Source of the DNA: Octopus sinensis
Taxonomy: Eukaryota
Reading direction: 5' to 3'
Length of the DNA stretch: 64,000 bases
NCBI RefSeq assembly: GCF_006345805.1
Contig: NC_042997.1
Span: 74,276,001-74,340,000 of the forward strand
Under the pieces are notes generated by a model. It made no database searches. It was not told the DNA's origin and saw only the letters and a program-made list of their open reading frames with translations. The translations under genes and the position numbers were made by a program. Shown here one piece after another: positions 1-11,391 of this stretch; position 1 is the stretch's first letter; every line of letters starts with the position of its first letter.

Positions 1-1463
1 TGAATGTTCACTGGGTTTGTAAAAGAGAGCAAAGCTAGAAGAAACCAAACAACAAATTATCACAATAAGCAGTCAGCTACCCTACCCAAGTTGTTACCAC
101 TACCCAATGTAGGATTCCTCCTCATACAGGTGGCCAGCACAGCTATAAGATGCATTACAGATCTATAGCAATTGGAAGGGCGTGACCCAACTCAAATAAA
201 CATTAACAACCATGAGACATGAGGGCTAAGGGGAAATGAAAGTGTCACCTCTGGAGTTTGCCAATGATCACCATGCTGATAGGTAACTGAACAGAATGAA
301 TTTGCAATCTATAAATCTCTTTGAATGACCAATCTGGAAAGGTCTTGAAGTCAAAATTAATTCTGGAGATTATCACTGACCCAGTGATAATAAAGACTCA
401 AAGGAGGTCTGCAACCAAATAACTTTATTCAAAATAACACTTTGCAACTGAATCAGAGGAGGCTTTCCTTTACTTGACAATTTATGCACTACATTGCAGA
501 AATCACAATCTAAGTATATCTCAAAGCAAACTCTTATACTGTTGTACCATTGAATTACAAATAACACTCATCTTGTATCTTCGGGTGACTCTACAACTTC
601 CAAGACTACAGTTGTATTCGTCTTGGCTTAGGAAAAATGACTAAATTGTTGGGGTTAAACCCCCATTAAGGGGTCTTACTAACTTCCTAAGAAGTTGAAA
701 TTTTAGGAATATAACTTCATTTGTGTCTAATATCTATGGTTAAAATTTCATCAACAGCAAAAATATATGAATTTTCCTGGGGCTTATGGCCTCATTTATG
801 CCCCCTCATTTCAAACATATACTGCATTACATCCACCCTTATGCATAGAATATAATTTCCAAATTTCATAAAGATACATTCAGTACTTTTGATCTTGTTT
901 TGGATCATAAAAAATTACTAAAATTTAGGAGTTAAGCCCCCCCCCCCCCAAGGGGTCTTAGAAGCCTCATGAGAAGCGGAAACTTTGGGAATACTTCTTG
1001 ATTTGTGTTGAAATTTCATCAACATCGGAAATTTATGAATTTTCATGGGGGGATTCTGCCCCCTTAAATTCAAACCAAACATACTACATCATACCCACCC
1101 TTATGCATTGAATCTAAGTTCCAAATATCATAAGGATCCATTCAGTAATTTTGGTAAATGAAAAATGACTAAAATTTTTGGGTTTAGCCCCCATTAGGGG
1201 GTCTTAGAATCATCCAAAGAAATGGAAATTTTGGATATATTTAAAAATTTATTTCTAATACCTATGGGTCAAATTTCATCAAAATCTGAAGCATATGAAT
1301 TTTCACAGGGGTTCTGTTCTCCTCTATGCCCCCTCAAAATTGTATGCAACATCAGGCATTACTCTTCTCCCTAGGCTTAGATTTTGTGTTCCACATTTCA
1401 TTAGGATCGGTCCAGTAGTTTTTGAGACTATAAGTAACACACAAACACACATACATTTTTTAA
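1..1463 (-). mobile_element. Non-autonomous Helitron-like repeat (same family as 4183-5453 and 33000-33890), cut by window start
   Basis: Collinear with the inverted copy at 4183-5453, which has TC and hairpin-CTAG termini, and with 33000-33890. Confidence 0.55.
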
Positions 1464-1464
1464 A

Positions 1465-2010
1465 TCTATCTATATATATAAAACTGAGAATGTGTGTCTG
1501 TCTGTCTGTGTGAATCCCTAAAACTTGAGAACTACACAACCAATTTCATTCAAATTTTACACATGCCTTATTTAGGGTCCATATAGTGTCATGGGCAAAA
1601 ACATTTTTAACTTCTTGCCTAGGGCGAGCCACAGCAATATCATATATTCTCCACTATTTCAGTATTACGTGTTAAAAGTGAAACAAAAACATCTCTCTAT
1701 TGTAATGTCAGATGCTTTCACTTTAATACTGAAACTATTAAAGTGAAGCTATTATATAAGAGGGATGAACTTTTAGTGGACATCCATTTTGCTAGAAGAA
1801 GATCCGCTATGGTTTTACCACTAACAAAGGAATGGTAAGACCATAGTGGATCTTCTTCTAGCATAATGGATGTCCACTTGCAGGTCACCCCTCTCATATG
1901 TATGTAATATAATTTTTCTGATACTTCAGACTTTTCAATATGCTACACCACTGGTTTTAAATTGATATTAATCAAATTAATATTCAAATTTTTACCCTTA
2001 TTATTTTAAA
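1465..2010 (+). mobile_element. Non-autonomous Helitron-like repeat (sister of 40690-41129), with internal fold-back
   Basis: Starts a|TCtatctatatatataaaactgagaa and is closely similar to the reverse complement of 40690-41129. 3' terminus not seen. Confidence 0.5.
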
Positions 2011-2016
2011 TTTTAA

Positions 2017-2060
<44 letters not shown>

Positions 2061-2075
2061 TATACATGTATATAT

Positions 2076-2134
<59 letters not shown>

Positions 2135-2162
2135 ATATACACATATATATACATGTATATAT

Positions 2163-2219
<57 letters not shown>

Positions 2220-2264
2220 GAATAAATGAAAAGAATGGAGTTGAACGAAGATTTTAACAAAATT

Positions 2265-2359
2265 CCTTTACTTTCGACATATGTTTCGAAGACTGCATAC
2301 TCTTAATTCCGAAGGAATGAAGGTTGCATTATGCCATCTTCTCATCAGGAAATACAAGG
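2265..2359 (-). ncRNA. Minimal type I hammerhead ribozyme (Penelope/retrozyme-like)
   Basis: Minus strand reads ccttgtatttc-CTGATGA-gaagatggcata...tatgcagtcttc-GAAAC-atat-GTC-gaaagtaaagg. Core motifs are intact, stems I and II pair, and stem III is the palindrome ACATATGT. Confidence 0.8.
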
Positions 2360-2467
2360 AACCTTTATCAGCCTCAAGATGAACAAAAGCTTCTTACCGT
2401 CTGCCTACATGGTTTCCACAGGTATCGATTAACCGAATTATCCATACTAGGATAATTCATTCATCTA

Positions 2468-2503
<36 letters not shown>

Positions 2504-3243
2504 ATTTAGATAATGAGGGAGATAAATTGAAAATTAATTTAATTAATATCAATTTAAAACCAGTAGCCTAGCATATATAAAAATATCTGAAATCAGAAAA
2601 AATTCAATACATGTGTATATTTAGGGATAAACCACTAGGTGGATAACCAATATGCTAGAAGATCACATACGATCTAACTACAAAGAAAAAAATATATACA
2701 CATGTACTGAATTTTTTCTGATTTTTCTGATTTTTTTATATATGCTAGGCTACTGGTTTTACATTGACATTAATTAAATCAATATTCAGTTTTTCTCCCT
2801 CGGTATATGATTAATTCTTGATTTTTATATAATATTCATCTGTCTTGCCGGCTTATGTTCTGGTGTTTGCTGAATTTTCTCTGGAGAACATTTTTTTCTT
2901 TGTAGTTAGATCGTATGTGATCTTCTCCTAGTGTATTGGTTATCCACCTAGTGGTTTATCCCTAAATATACACATGTATATATACATGTATATATATATA
3001 TGGATGTATATATATACATGTATATATATACATGAATATATATATAAATGTATATGTATAGCTGTATATGTATAGATGTATATGTAGACATGTATTTCTA
3101 TAGATAATGATGTATATGTATACATGTATATGTGTAGATATATATATATAGATGTACATGTAATATGTACACATATATATACAAATATATACATGAATAC
3201 ATATATACACCCATACATACATACACACACACATACATACACA

Positions 3244-3400
3244 GGTGCAAGTGTGGCTGTGTGGTAATAAACTTCGTTCCAAAATACATGGTCCTGGGTT
3301 CAGTCCCACTGTGTGGTGACTTGGCATGTGTCTTCTGCTATAGCCTCAGACCAACCAAAGCCTAGTCAGTGGATTTTGTAGACAGAAACTGAAAGAAATC
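3244..3400 (+). mobile_element. tRNA-derived SINE; 3' half tandemly reiterated to ~4112
   Basis: A-box-like tggctgtgtggt and B-box-like ggttcagtccc. Sister copies on the minus strand at ~29000-29153 and ~39710-39864. Confidence 0.65.
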
Positions 3401-3638
3401 AATCGTATATATATATATGTAAGTCTATGTGTGTCTTTGTGTTTCTCCCTCATCACTGATTCACACCTGCTGTTCAGATTTTTATAGCCCTATAACTTAC
3501 TGGTTTCACAAGAAGAAACTGATACAATAAGTACCAGGCTTATTAAAAATTTTTTAAAAACCACTAGGCAGTGTCTCATATTTTTGTTTGCCCACTCAGT
3601 TGTATCTATCAATTTATCTTTGTGTGTGTGTGTGTGTG

Positions 3639-3714
<76 letters not shown>

Positions 3715-4182
3715 ATTTCGTAGACAGAAACTTAAAGAAATCTTTATATATGTATATATATATATGTATGTATGTATGTATATATGTAAGTGTATGTGTG
3801 TGACTTTGTTTCTGTATTTCGCCTTCATCACTGCTTCACAACTGCTGTTCGTTTATTTACATCCCCATAACTTACTGCTTTCACAAGAAGAAACTAATAG
3901 AATAAGTCCAGGCTCATCAACATAAAAAAAGCACTAAGCTGTTTCTCATATTTTTCTTTGCCCACTCACTTGTATCTATCAATTTATCTTTGTGTGTATG
4001 TATATATATGTATGTATATATGTAAGTCTACGTGTGTGTCTTTGTGTTTCTCCCTCATCACTGCTTCACAACTGCTGTTTGTTTATTTACAGCCCCATAA
4101 CTTACTGGTTTCACAAGAAGTTATATATATATATAATACACACACGCATATATATACATGTATGTATATGTGCACATTCATA

Positions 4183-5453
4183 TCTATTATATAAAAGTCA
4201 ATGTCTTTATGTGTTCGTGTGTTACTTATACATTCAAAACTTGCTGCACCGATCATAATGAAATTTGGAACACAAAATCCAAACCCAGGGAGAAGGGTAA
4301 TGCTGTGTCTTTCATACAATTTCATGTACCAAAATTACTGAATGGATCCTTATGATATTTGAAACTTGGATTCAATGCAATGAGTTTGATTTGAATTTCA
4401 GATGGTTTAAAGGAGGCAGAACCCCAATAAAATTTCATAAATTTTCAATGTTGATGAAATTTCAACCATGGATAATTGATATACATCAAGAAGTATTCTC
4501 AAAGTTTCCACTTAACATGAGGATTCTAAGACACCCTAATGGGGGCCTTAGCTCCCAAATTTTAGTAATTTCTTTTATGATCCAAAACTAGGTAAAAAGT
4601 ACTGAATGGATCTTTATGAAATTTGGAAATTATATTCTATGCAGAAGGGCCATAACCCCCATGACAATTCATATATTTTTGCTGTTTTTAACCATACATA
4701 TTAGATACAAATGAAGTAATATTTATAAAATTTCATCTTCTTACAAGTTAGAAAGACCCCTCCATGGGGACTTAACACCCACAATTTAGTCATTTTGTCT
4801 AAGCAAAGACGAATACAGTTGTACTCTTAGAAGCTGTAGGGTTACCTGAGCATAAAAGATGAGCATTATTTGTAATTCAATGGAACAACAGTGTAACAGT
4901 TTCCTTTGACATACACTTACATTGTGATTTCTGCAATGTGGTGCATAAATTGTCAAGTAAATGAGAGGCATCTTTGCTTTCACTGATTCAGTTTCAAAGT
5001 GTTGAGTAAAGTTATTTGATTGCAGACCTCCTTTCAGTCTTTTTATTATCACTGGGTCACACATAGTCCCCAGATGGTAACATTGATTTCAAGGCCTTCC
5101 CAGATGAGTGACTGGTTATTCAAAGACATTTATAGATTGTAAATTTATTCTGTCCAGTTACGTATCAGTATAGTGGTCATTTGCAAACTCCAACTTTCAT
5201 TTTTCAGGAGCAAAATCCTTTTAACAGGTTGTATAAGACTGGAATTTTGGAATATGCACATAAAAATCAGTAGGATGGGATACATGTGGCACGATTACAA
5301 TTTTTTTAGGGTGTGTAAAGAGGGAAATAACCCTCATCTACAATTTTGATGAAATTCGAAGCATAGGTATTCCAGTTAATTACAGAAAATATAATAGCAA
5401 AGTCTAATTCTTCAATTGCATGTAACATGGGCAACACCAGGTAACTCTGCTAG
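4183..5453 (+). mobile_element. Non-autonomous Helitron
   Basis: 5' a|TCtattatataaaag; 3' catgggcaacaccagg (degenerate hairpin), then taactctg and CTAG|t. Confidence 0.7.
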
Positions 5454-5804
5454 TATAATATATATACGGGCAAAACGCCCCCGTGCAATGGACAGTGCTG
5501 AGTTGTCAAACATTTAAACTAAATTTTCTCAAAACTTATCTGACCGTCCCATAGGCCTCCCCTTTGAGAAACACTGATTTAACCTAAATTTGAGACACCA
5601 GCAAAAGATGGATTTCGACCAATGTACTTGCACATACAAATGCACATTCCCACGGCTCTATCGATCGCATTCTCACCTGGAATCGATTTTTGTAATTTTT
5701 TCAAAACTTATACATGCCCTGATACTGCCAGTATCTACATATCAAACTTGAGCGCAATCAGATGAAGGATGCCCGAGATCCTAGAAGACACACACACAGA
5801 CAGA

Positions 5805-6008
5805 ACGGAATTAGCACACCAAGCGAAATGCGTAGCCGTATTTCGTCTGCCGCTACGTTCTTAGTTCAATTCCGCTGAGGTCGACTTTGCCTCAGGGCCG
5901 ATAAATTAAGTACCAGTTATGCACTGGGGTCGATGTAATCGACTTAATTCATTTGTCTGTCCTTGTTTGTCTTCTCTGTGTTTAGCCCCTTGTGGGTAGT
6001 AAAAAAAT
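5805..6008 (+). mobile_element. tRNA-derived SINE (second family; also 9543-9730 and 10325-10530)
   Basis: The three copies share gtcgactttgcct, taagtaccagtt and ggggtcgatgtaatcgac blocks. Confidence 0.6.
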
Positions 6009-6307
6009 TTTTTTTAATTATATAATAGATATACACACACACACACACACATATATTGTTATTGGAGAGTCATTCTGTTTTAATGCCTTATTAATTAACA
6101 CACTCACCGATTCAATTTCCACTCATTAGTTTTTTTCTAAAATTTTCATTGCTTCTTGCAACCTCTTCAACAGTTTTTGACTCTCTCTCTCTCTATATAT
6201 ATATATATTTATATACACACACATTATATATACATTTATATATCTTGACACATAGTCATTTACTAATTGGAAACTGGTAAATAAAGATATTGTATGAAAT
6301 GTATTAC

Positions 6308-6584
6308 TTGTAATATGACCCAGTGACCTTCTTTGGCTGAAAAATCCATAGCTTGTTCGGCTACTGTTTCTTGTCCTTGTCCAAGTGAAATATTATGGAA
6401 GTTTTTGTTAGCAGTTGAGAACTTGAGTTTTTTCCCCAAAGCTTCAACATCTTTCAATGGATCAACACCAGGTGACAAAATGAAGAATATAGGAATAGAA
6501 GGTCCTGATTCTTCATATGAAATAGAAAAATCAATGTGTTTTCCTTCAACATACTGAACTCCCATTTTCTCTTCAATAAAATTC
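6308..6584 (-). CDS. DNAH9/DNAH17: Dynein heavy chain exon: AAA6 start (NFIEEKMG...GHWVILQ)
   Basis: 277 bp, completing the phase-2 Arg codon. Contains FFILSPGVDPLKDVE, SLGQGQE and GHWVILQ; gtaata donor. Confidence 0.96.
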
Positions 6585-6851
6585 CTGTTTGAAAAAGAAA
6601 GTAAACTAATTGAACCTGCTTAATTACTAAGGAATGATTGACATTTATTATTATTTAGCTATTACCTGCTATAGAAAGATTCTTATTGAACACTTACTTG
6701 TATTCAAAAGCTCTGCTGAATTTACTGTGAATACTTAGATTGCAACATTCTGGTAGACAGCTTAAATTGCAGATATATGCTGTTTATTCATCGACATTCT
6801 AGTTTACTAAGTTCAATGGAAATATAGGATTTATAGCTCTACATCCTAGAA

Positions 6852-7170
6852 CAGGGCTGGCCAATCTGAAGCCAGCCTGAGGCCAACCTGAGGCTACATG
6901 TGGCCAGCAAACTTTTATCTTGTGGCAAACTTTTATTGCCAGACACTTTCTTGAAATGGGTTTATTTAAACAAACATTTAAAATTTTTTATCAAAAATTA
7001 AAGATTGTAATGAAAGGAAGATACTACTATTTTTGCAATGATAATACTTCATATTGAACCAACGATCATTCATTCATAATAGCTTTCAATTCTGTCAGTA
7101 TACAAGTGGCCATCAAAAAACTTTCTGTGATTAAAGTGACCTGCAATGTAGTTTGAGTTAGTCAGACCTG
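6852..7170. mobile_element. hAT (Charlie-like) MITE
   Basis: Imperfect TIRs cagggctggccaa / ttagtcagacctg; 8-bp TSD tcctagaa / tcctagag (7/8 match, central CTAG). Confidence 0.7.
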
Positions 7171-9164
7171 TCCTAGAGCAACAGTATCATAAGACCTTAT
7201 TTCTCTTACTTGGATCAGATGAAAATAAAACATACACCCATAGAAATAGCTGCTGCATCAATATGCTCATTAATCAAAAGCACCATTTGGATAAAAGCGA
7301 CTATCACAATCTGACCAAATTCACTTAGTCCACCTCTGCAGTAGACCCCATCAGAATCTACAAGTGTATAGAAATAGATAGAACAATAAAATAACTATAT
7401 GTCCAGATTGCCATTTTATATGCCATATAATTCATCACTGTATGACAATGTGCAGTATAGTCTTTAGTGAGGCAAAATCATGGTCTGTGTATTAGATCTG
7501 ATCATTTAGATGACTACTTGCATTACATACATGTTTTACAATATCTTTCAACTATTTTTGTGATTTGCTTCATCAGCTGGTGGGATTCTGTAACTCTCCC
7601 TCTCCAGCACATCTTTGTTCTTGTAAAGGTTAACAATGAGTGCTACGTCAGTTATTGAGAATAATGTCTTGTACTAGATTAAATTCTACATGCTCCAATG
7701 CTTTCAGCATTTCAGCAACTATTTCTGACAGAACTGAAGCCTATAAATTCTGTTCTAAGTGGAGTCTTCACTATTTCATTCATATACCTATTTAACAATC
7801 TCTCTAATCCAATTTAACAATCTCTCACCATGGCACTTTCGTGCTTCTGTGCTTTTACTGTCATTGGGAGCAATTGTGTTGGTTACTTGGGACCCACTTG
7901 TTCTATTTACATCTGGTTTTAAATCAATATATGTTCTTATGATATTTCATGTTTCTTGTCCTCACAGTTCAGGATTTAAGCATCTTGCTTTCAGCTTCTC
8001 TCTTGGTTGGGCATGCTTCATGTTTTGCTTACTACCTTACATTGTTTCTTTTTAGTTTATTTTATCAGTCCTTTCAGATTTGTTGCATAGCTCTTTTCCT
8101 ACACTATGTACCTATAACCAGGTTGGAGTCTCACTCCATCCCTAGAATTAGTCAGTGGCTTACAACAAATTTTCTCCAGAAATTTCTATTCTCTTTATTA
8201 CAGCCCTCGTCCTCCTTTGTCAAAATATGACATGTAGAAAAGACAAATACAAAATATAAAACAGACAAGCAAACTTAATTTGTCACTTTGATAATTTCTT
8301 TGCATCTATTTCCATTAAAAAAATGTTAATTTTTTTTAATCTCAAGGATCCACTAGTTCTCAGTTCTAGTTTCTGTAGCATGTTAATTGGATGAATTTCC
8401 TATCCATTCTTGGAAAAAGATATCAACCTTGTTACAGATTGTTTGTTGTTTTAACTTTTGTTTATTTTCCTTTTCACACTAAATCTCCTATTTAAGATCA
8501 TAATCAATTTTTGTGCACTCTTACCTTGCAGACAAATGGCAAAAAATGTTGTTTCAAAGAACAGTCATTGATATTTGCTTTGTCAGCCACTTAACTCATG
8601 GGGTTCTTTTCTTAGGATTGGTGCCTTTGTCTTTATTTAAAGGAGAAGAATAGAAGCCTGGGGGCTGAGGACATTGAAGGTCTCCACAGTGACTAATGTA
8701 AGAGAATATTAAGTAATTTTCTACTGAAATCCCAGATTTTTTTTTAATAAAATCAACGGAGTTGGAATGTATTACATGTGGAGTTCCAGATAAATGATTT
8801 GGTCCCTTCAAATGGAAAGAGAGTTATTCTGTTTGGATTCTACTGTTACTGTGGTTGGGAGTGGAGTAACAGGCTCTAATTATGATAAGAAACAGCATTC
8901 ATCTTTTAAGTGAACAAAATATTTATTAATTTTACAGTGTTTTCACTGCTAGAGATGTTGAACTGTGCTTTCCCAAGATATCTATTCAAAGCCAGGTAGA
9001 CTAAGCAATTGGTAGTTAAATATCTTGATCATAATTTAGTGTCAGTATCAGTTTACAATACCCATTCAGAAATTTGCTGTTCCAATTAGTATATTGCTAC
9101 TATTTATGTTATACTAAAGCAAATAGAATGCTACATGTAATGCACTAAATATTCTCCCACAAAC

Positions 9165-9358
9165 CTCATGGCATAAGTCATTCTATCAGGTCTCAGAGCT
9201 CTCATCATACACAATTTTTGGAGTGAAGTTTTATTTTTCCATTCTTGAGGAAATTTCTCTTTCTCTGGACATTCACTTTCAATGAATTTCTTCCATCGTT
9301 TTGCTGAACCTTCTATATCTTTATCTAGATTATGAAAATCTTCAAATTCAATCAGAGC
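9165..9358 (-). CDS. DNAH9/DNAH17: Dynein heavy chain exon (ALIEFEDF...[10 protein letters not shown]); not in the supplied ORF track
   Basis: 194 bp with a phase-2 end. Contains [29 protein letters not shown] and [11 protein letters not shown]. Confidence 0.95.
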
Positions 9359-9730
9359 CTGTTAATGAAATTATAGCAAAACAAAACAACCCAATACAAT
9401 TTATAGTTTAATAAAAACAATATTCAATTTTGAATTGTTAAATTAACAAATTATTAAATACTATCATCACCAGAGTTGATACTATTATCATAAAAGAGGG
9501 AACATGATCTTAATTTAGATTGCTGTTGTTATTATTATTAACATGGCGAGCTGGCAGAATCATTAGCACACTGGACGAAATGCCTAGTGGTATTTCTGCT
9601 TAAGTTGATTTTGCCTTTCATCCTTTCAGGATCGATAATTTAAGTACATATGAAACAATGGGGGTCGATGTAATCAACTAGTCCCCAACAACCAAATTTC
9701 AGGCCTTGTACCTATAGTAGAAAGGATTAT

Positions 9731-9741
9731 TAATATTATTA

Positions 9742-9812
<71 letters not shown>
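9731..9812. repeat. (ATT)n microsatellite
   Basis: Long, near-pure ATT run forming the tail of the SINE at 9543. Confidence 0.95.
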
Positions 9813-10970
9813 GAGTGAGAGAGCAGTGCATGCCATCAAAGTGACACTGAGGTAAAATATACAAAGCCCAGTATACCCATCATGACTACCTGTCTGATAA
9901 GGGTACACCAGGCACATGCATCACAACCATATGTGCGTGACATTGTGATCTCATATCAAAATAAACAGTGTATGACTTTGCATGTGGGGCCCAGTTAGAA
10001 TTTTCTTCAGGTCGAGTAGCTCATCCTGCTCAAAAGGTCCCTGAATAAGGGTTGTTTAAACATGTTTAATGAAACACCCATGTTTCCAGAGGTGAATTAT
10101 TCAAACCCCACAACACATGGCTATGATACTCCCCCACTACTTCTGCTTGAGATGAGAGGTGCACACATCATCAGTCACTAAGGGACATGCTCAGCTGGTT
10201 AAGGTTAAACAACTGGCAAGCAAATCTGTGGTATTGAGCAGAATATTTGCTGTAGCCCATCTCCTCGTCGTCGTCGTCATTGTCGTCGGCGGTGGCGTTG
10301 GCGTCATCATTATTATTATTATTAAGGTAGTTAGCTGGTAGAATCATTAGCATGCTGGGAAAAAGGCAAAATGCTAAGTAGCATTTTGTCCATCATGTTG
10401 TGAGTTGAAATTCTACTAGGATTGAATTTGCCTTTCACCCTTCTGGGGATAATGAGATAAGTACCAGTTGAGCACTGGTGTCAATGTAATCGATTTAACC
10501 CCTCCCCCAAAACTGCTGGTCTAGTGCAAAAAAAAATTGTTTTTGTTGTTCTCCTCCTCCTCCTCATTATTATTATTCATCACTGAAACAAATCAACTTT
10601 GATCAAACCTAGTAAGGGATGGGCTCCACCAGATTTAAAAGCCAAGATATGTCTTATCTTAGATACATCTATTATCAAATAACTGTGCTTATTACCTGAT
10701 GTTTTATGATTACGGTGTTTTATGATTACAAATATCCATCAGTGAATTAATTGAACTGTTACCTTTTATATCAACTCATTGGAGTTTATATCTTCTGGCT
10801 GAATATGGTGAAGAAACTGAAATGAGCACTGCAAGTCAATAACTATATAGCTGACAGCAATGAATTTGGAGAGTTAGACCTTATGTAATACTAGTGACAG
10901 GATATAAACTATCAACTTCTCAGCTGGCAACTTTTAAATGCATTACAAATAAAGAAAATTTTTTTCCTAC

Positions 10971-11093
10971 CTTGATACCTCCCCATCCAGTATGGCTGAT
11001 AAAATTCACAGGAGAGATTAGGTTTGGAATAAAAGGAAAGCGCAACAAAAAGTCCAGTTCCTTTGCATTAAGATCATTCTTGAGTAAGAGAAT
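10971..11093 (-). CDS. DNAH9/DNAH17: Dynein heavy chain exon (ILLLKNDLNAKELDFLLRFP...WGGIK); not in the supplied ORF track
   Basis: Translated by hand: 41 codons, ctgatag acceptor and gtagga donor, in frame with both neighbours. Confidence 0.92.
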
Positions 11094-11391
11094 CTATCAG
11101 ATAAAACACATTATTTAATGGCTTCTATGAAATAATATAAGATGTCATCAATTTGTAGTTTATCAACAACTAATCCCTTATTCGCACTCTCTCACACAGA
11201 TATATACTAAACAGATATGTGCAATTTAAAATTACAAGGAATGCTTTTGACTCTAGGAAGAATCACTGAATTATTTTCATCGCTCCTTGCATATCAGCTA
11301 TTCCACATTGACTATTTCCTTCTATGTTTATATAAGAATGTGTCTGTGCGTGTGTTTGCATGTTTGTTACACATGTTAGACCTTATACAAT

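Noticed and set aside
7200-8900. Possible decayed transposase-like coding DNA
   Set aside because: I could not recover any diagnostic motif by hand translation; needs tBLASTx or an HMM search.
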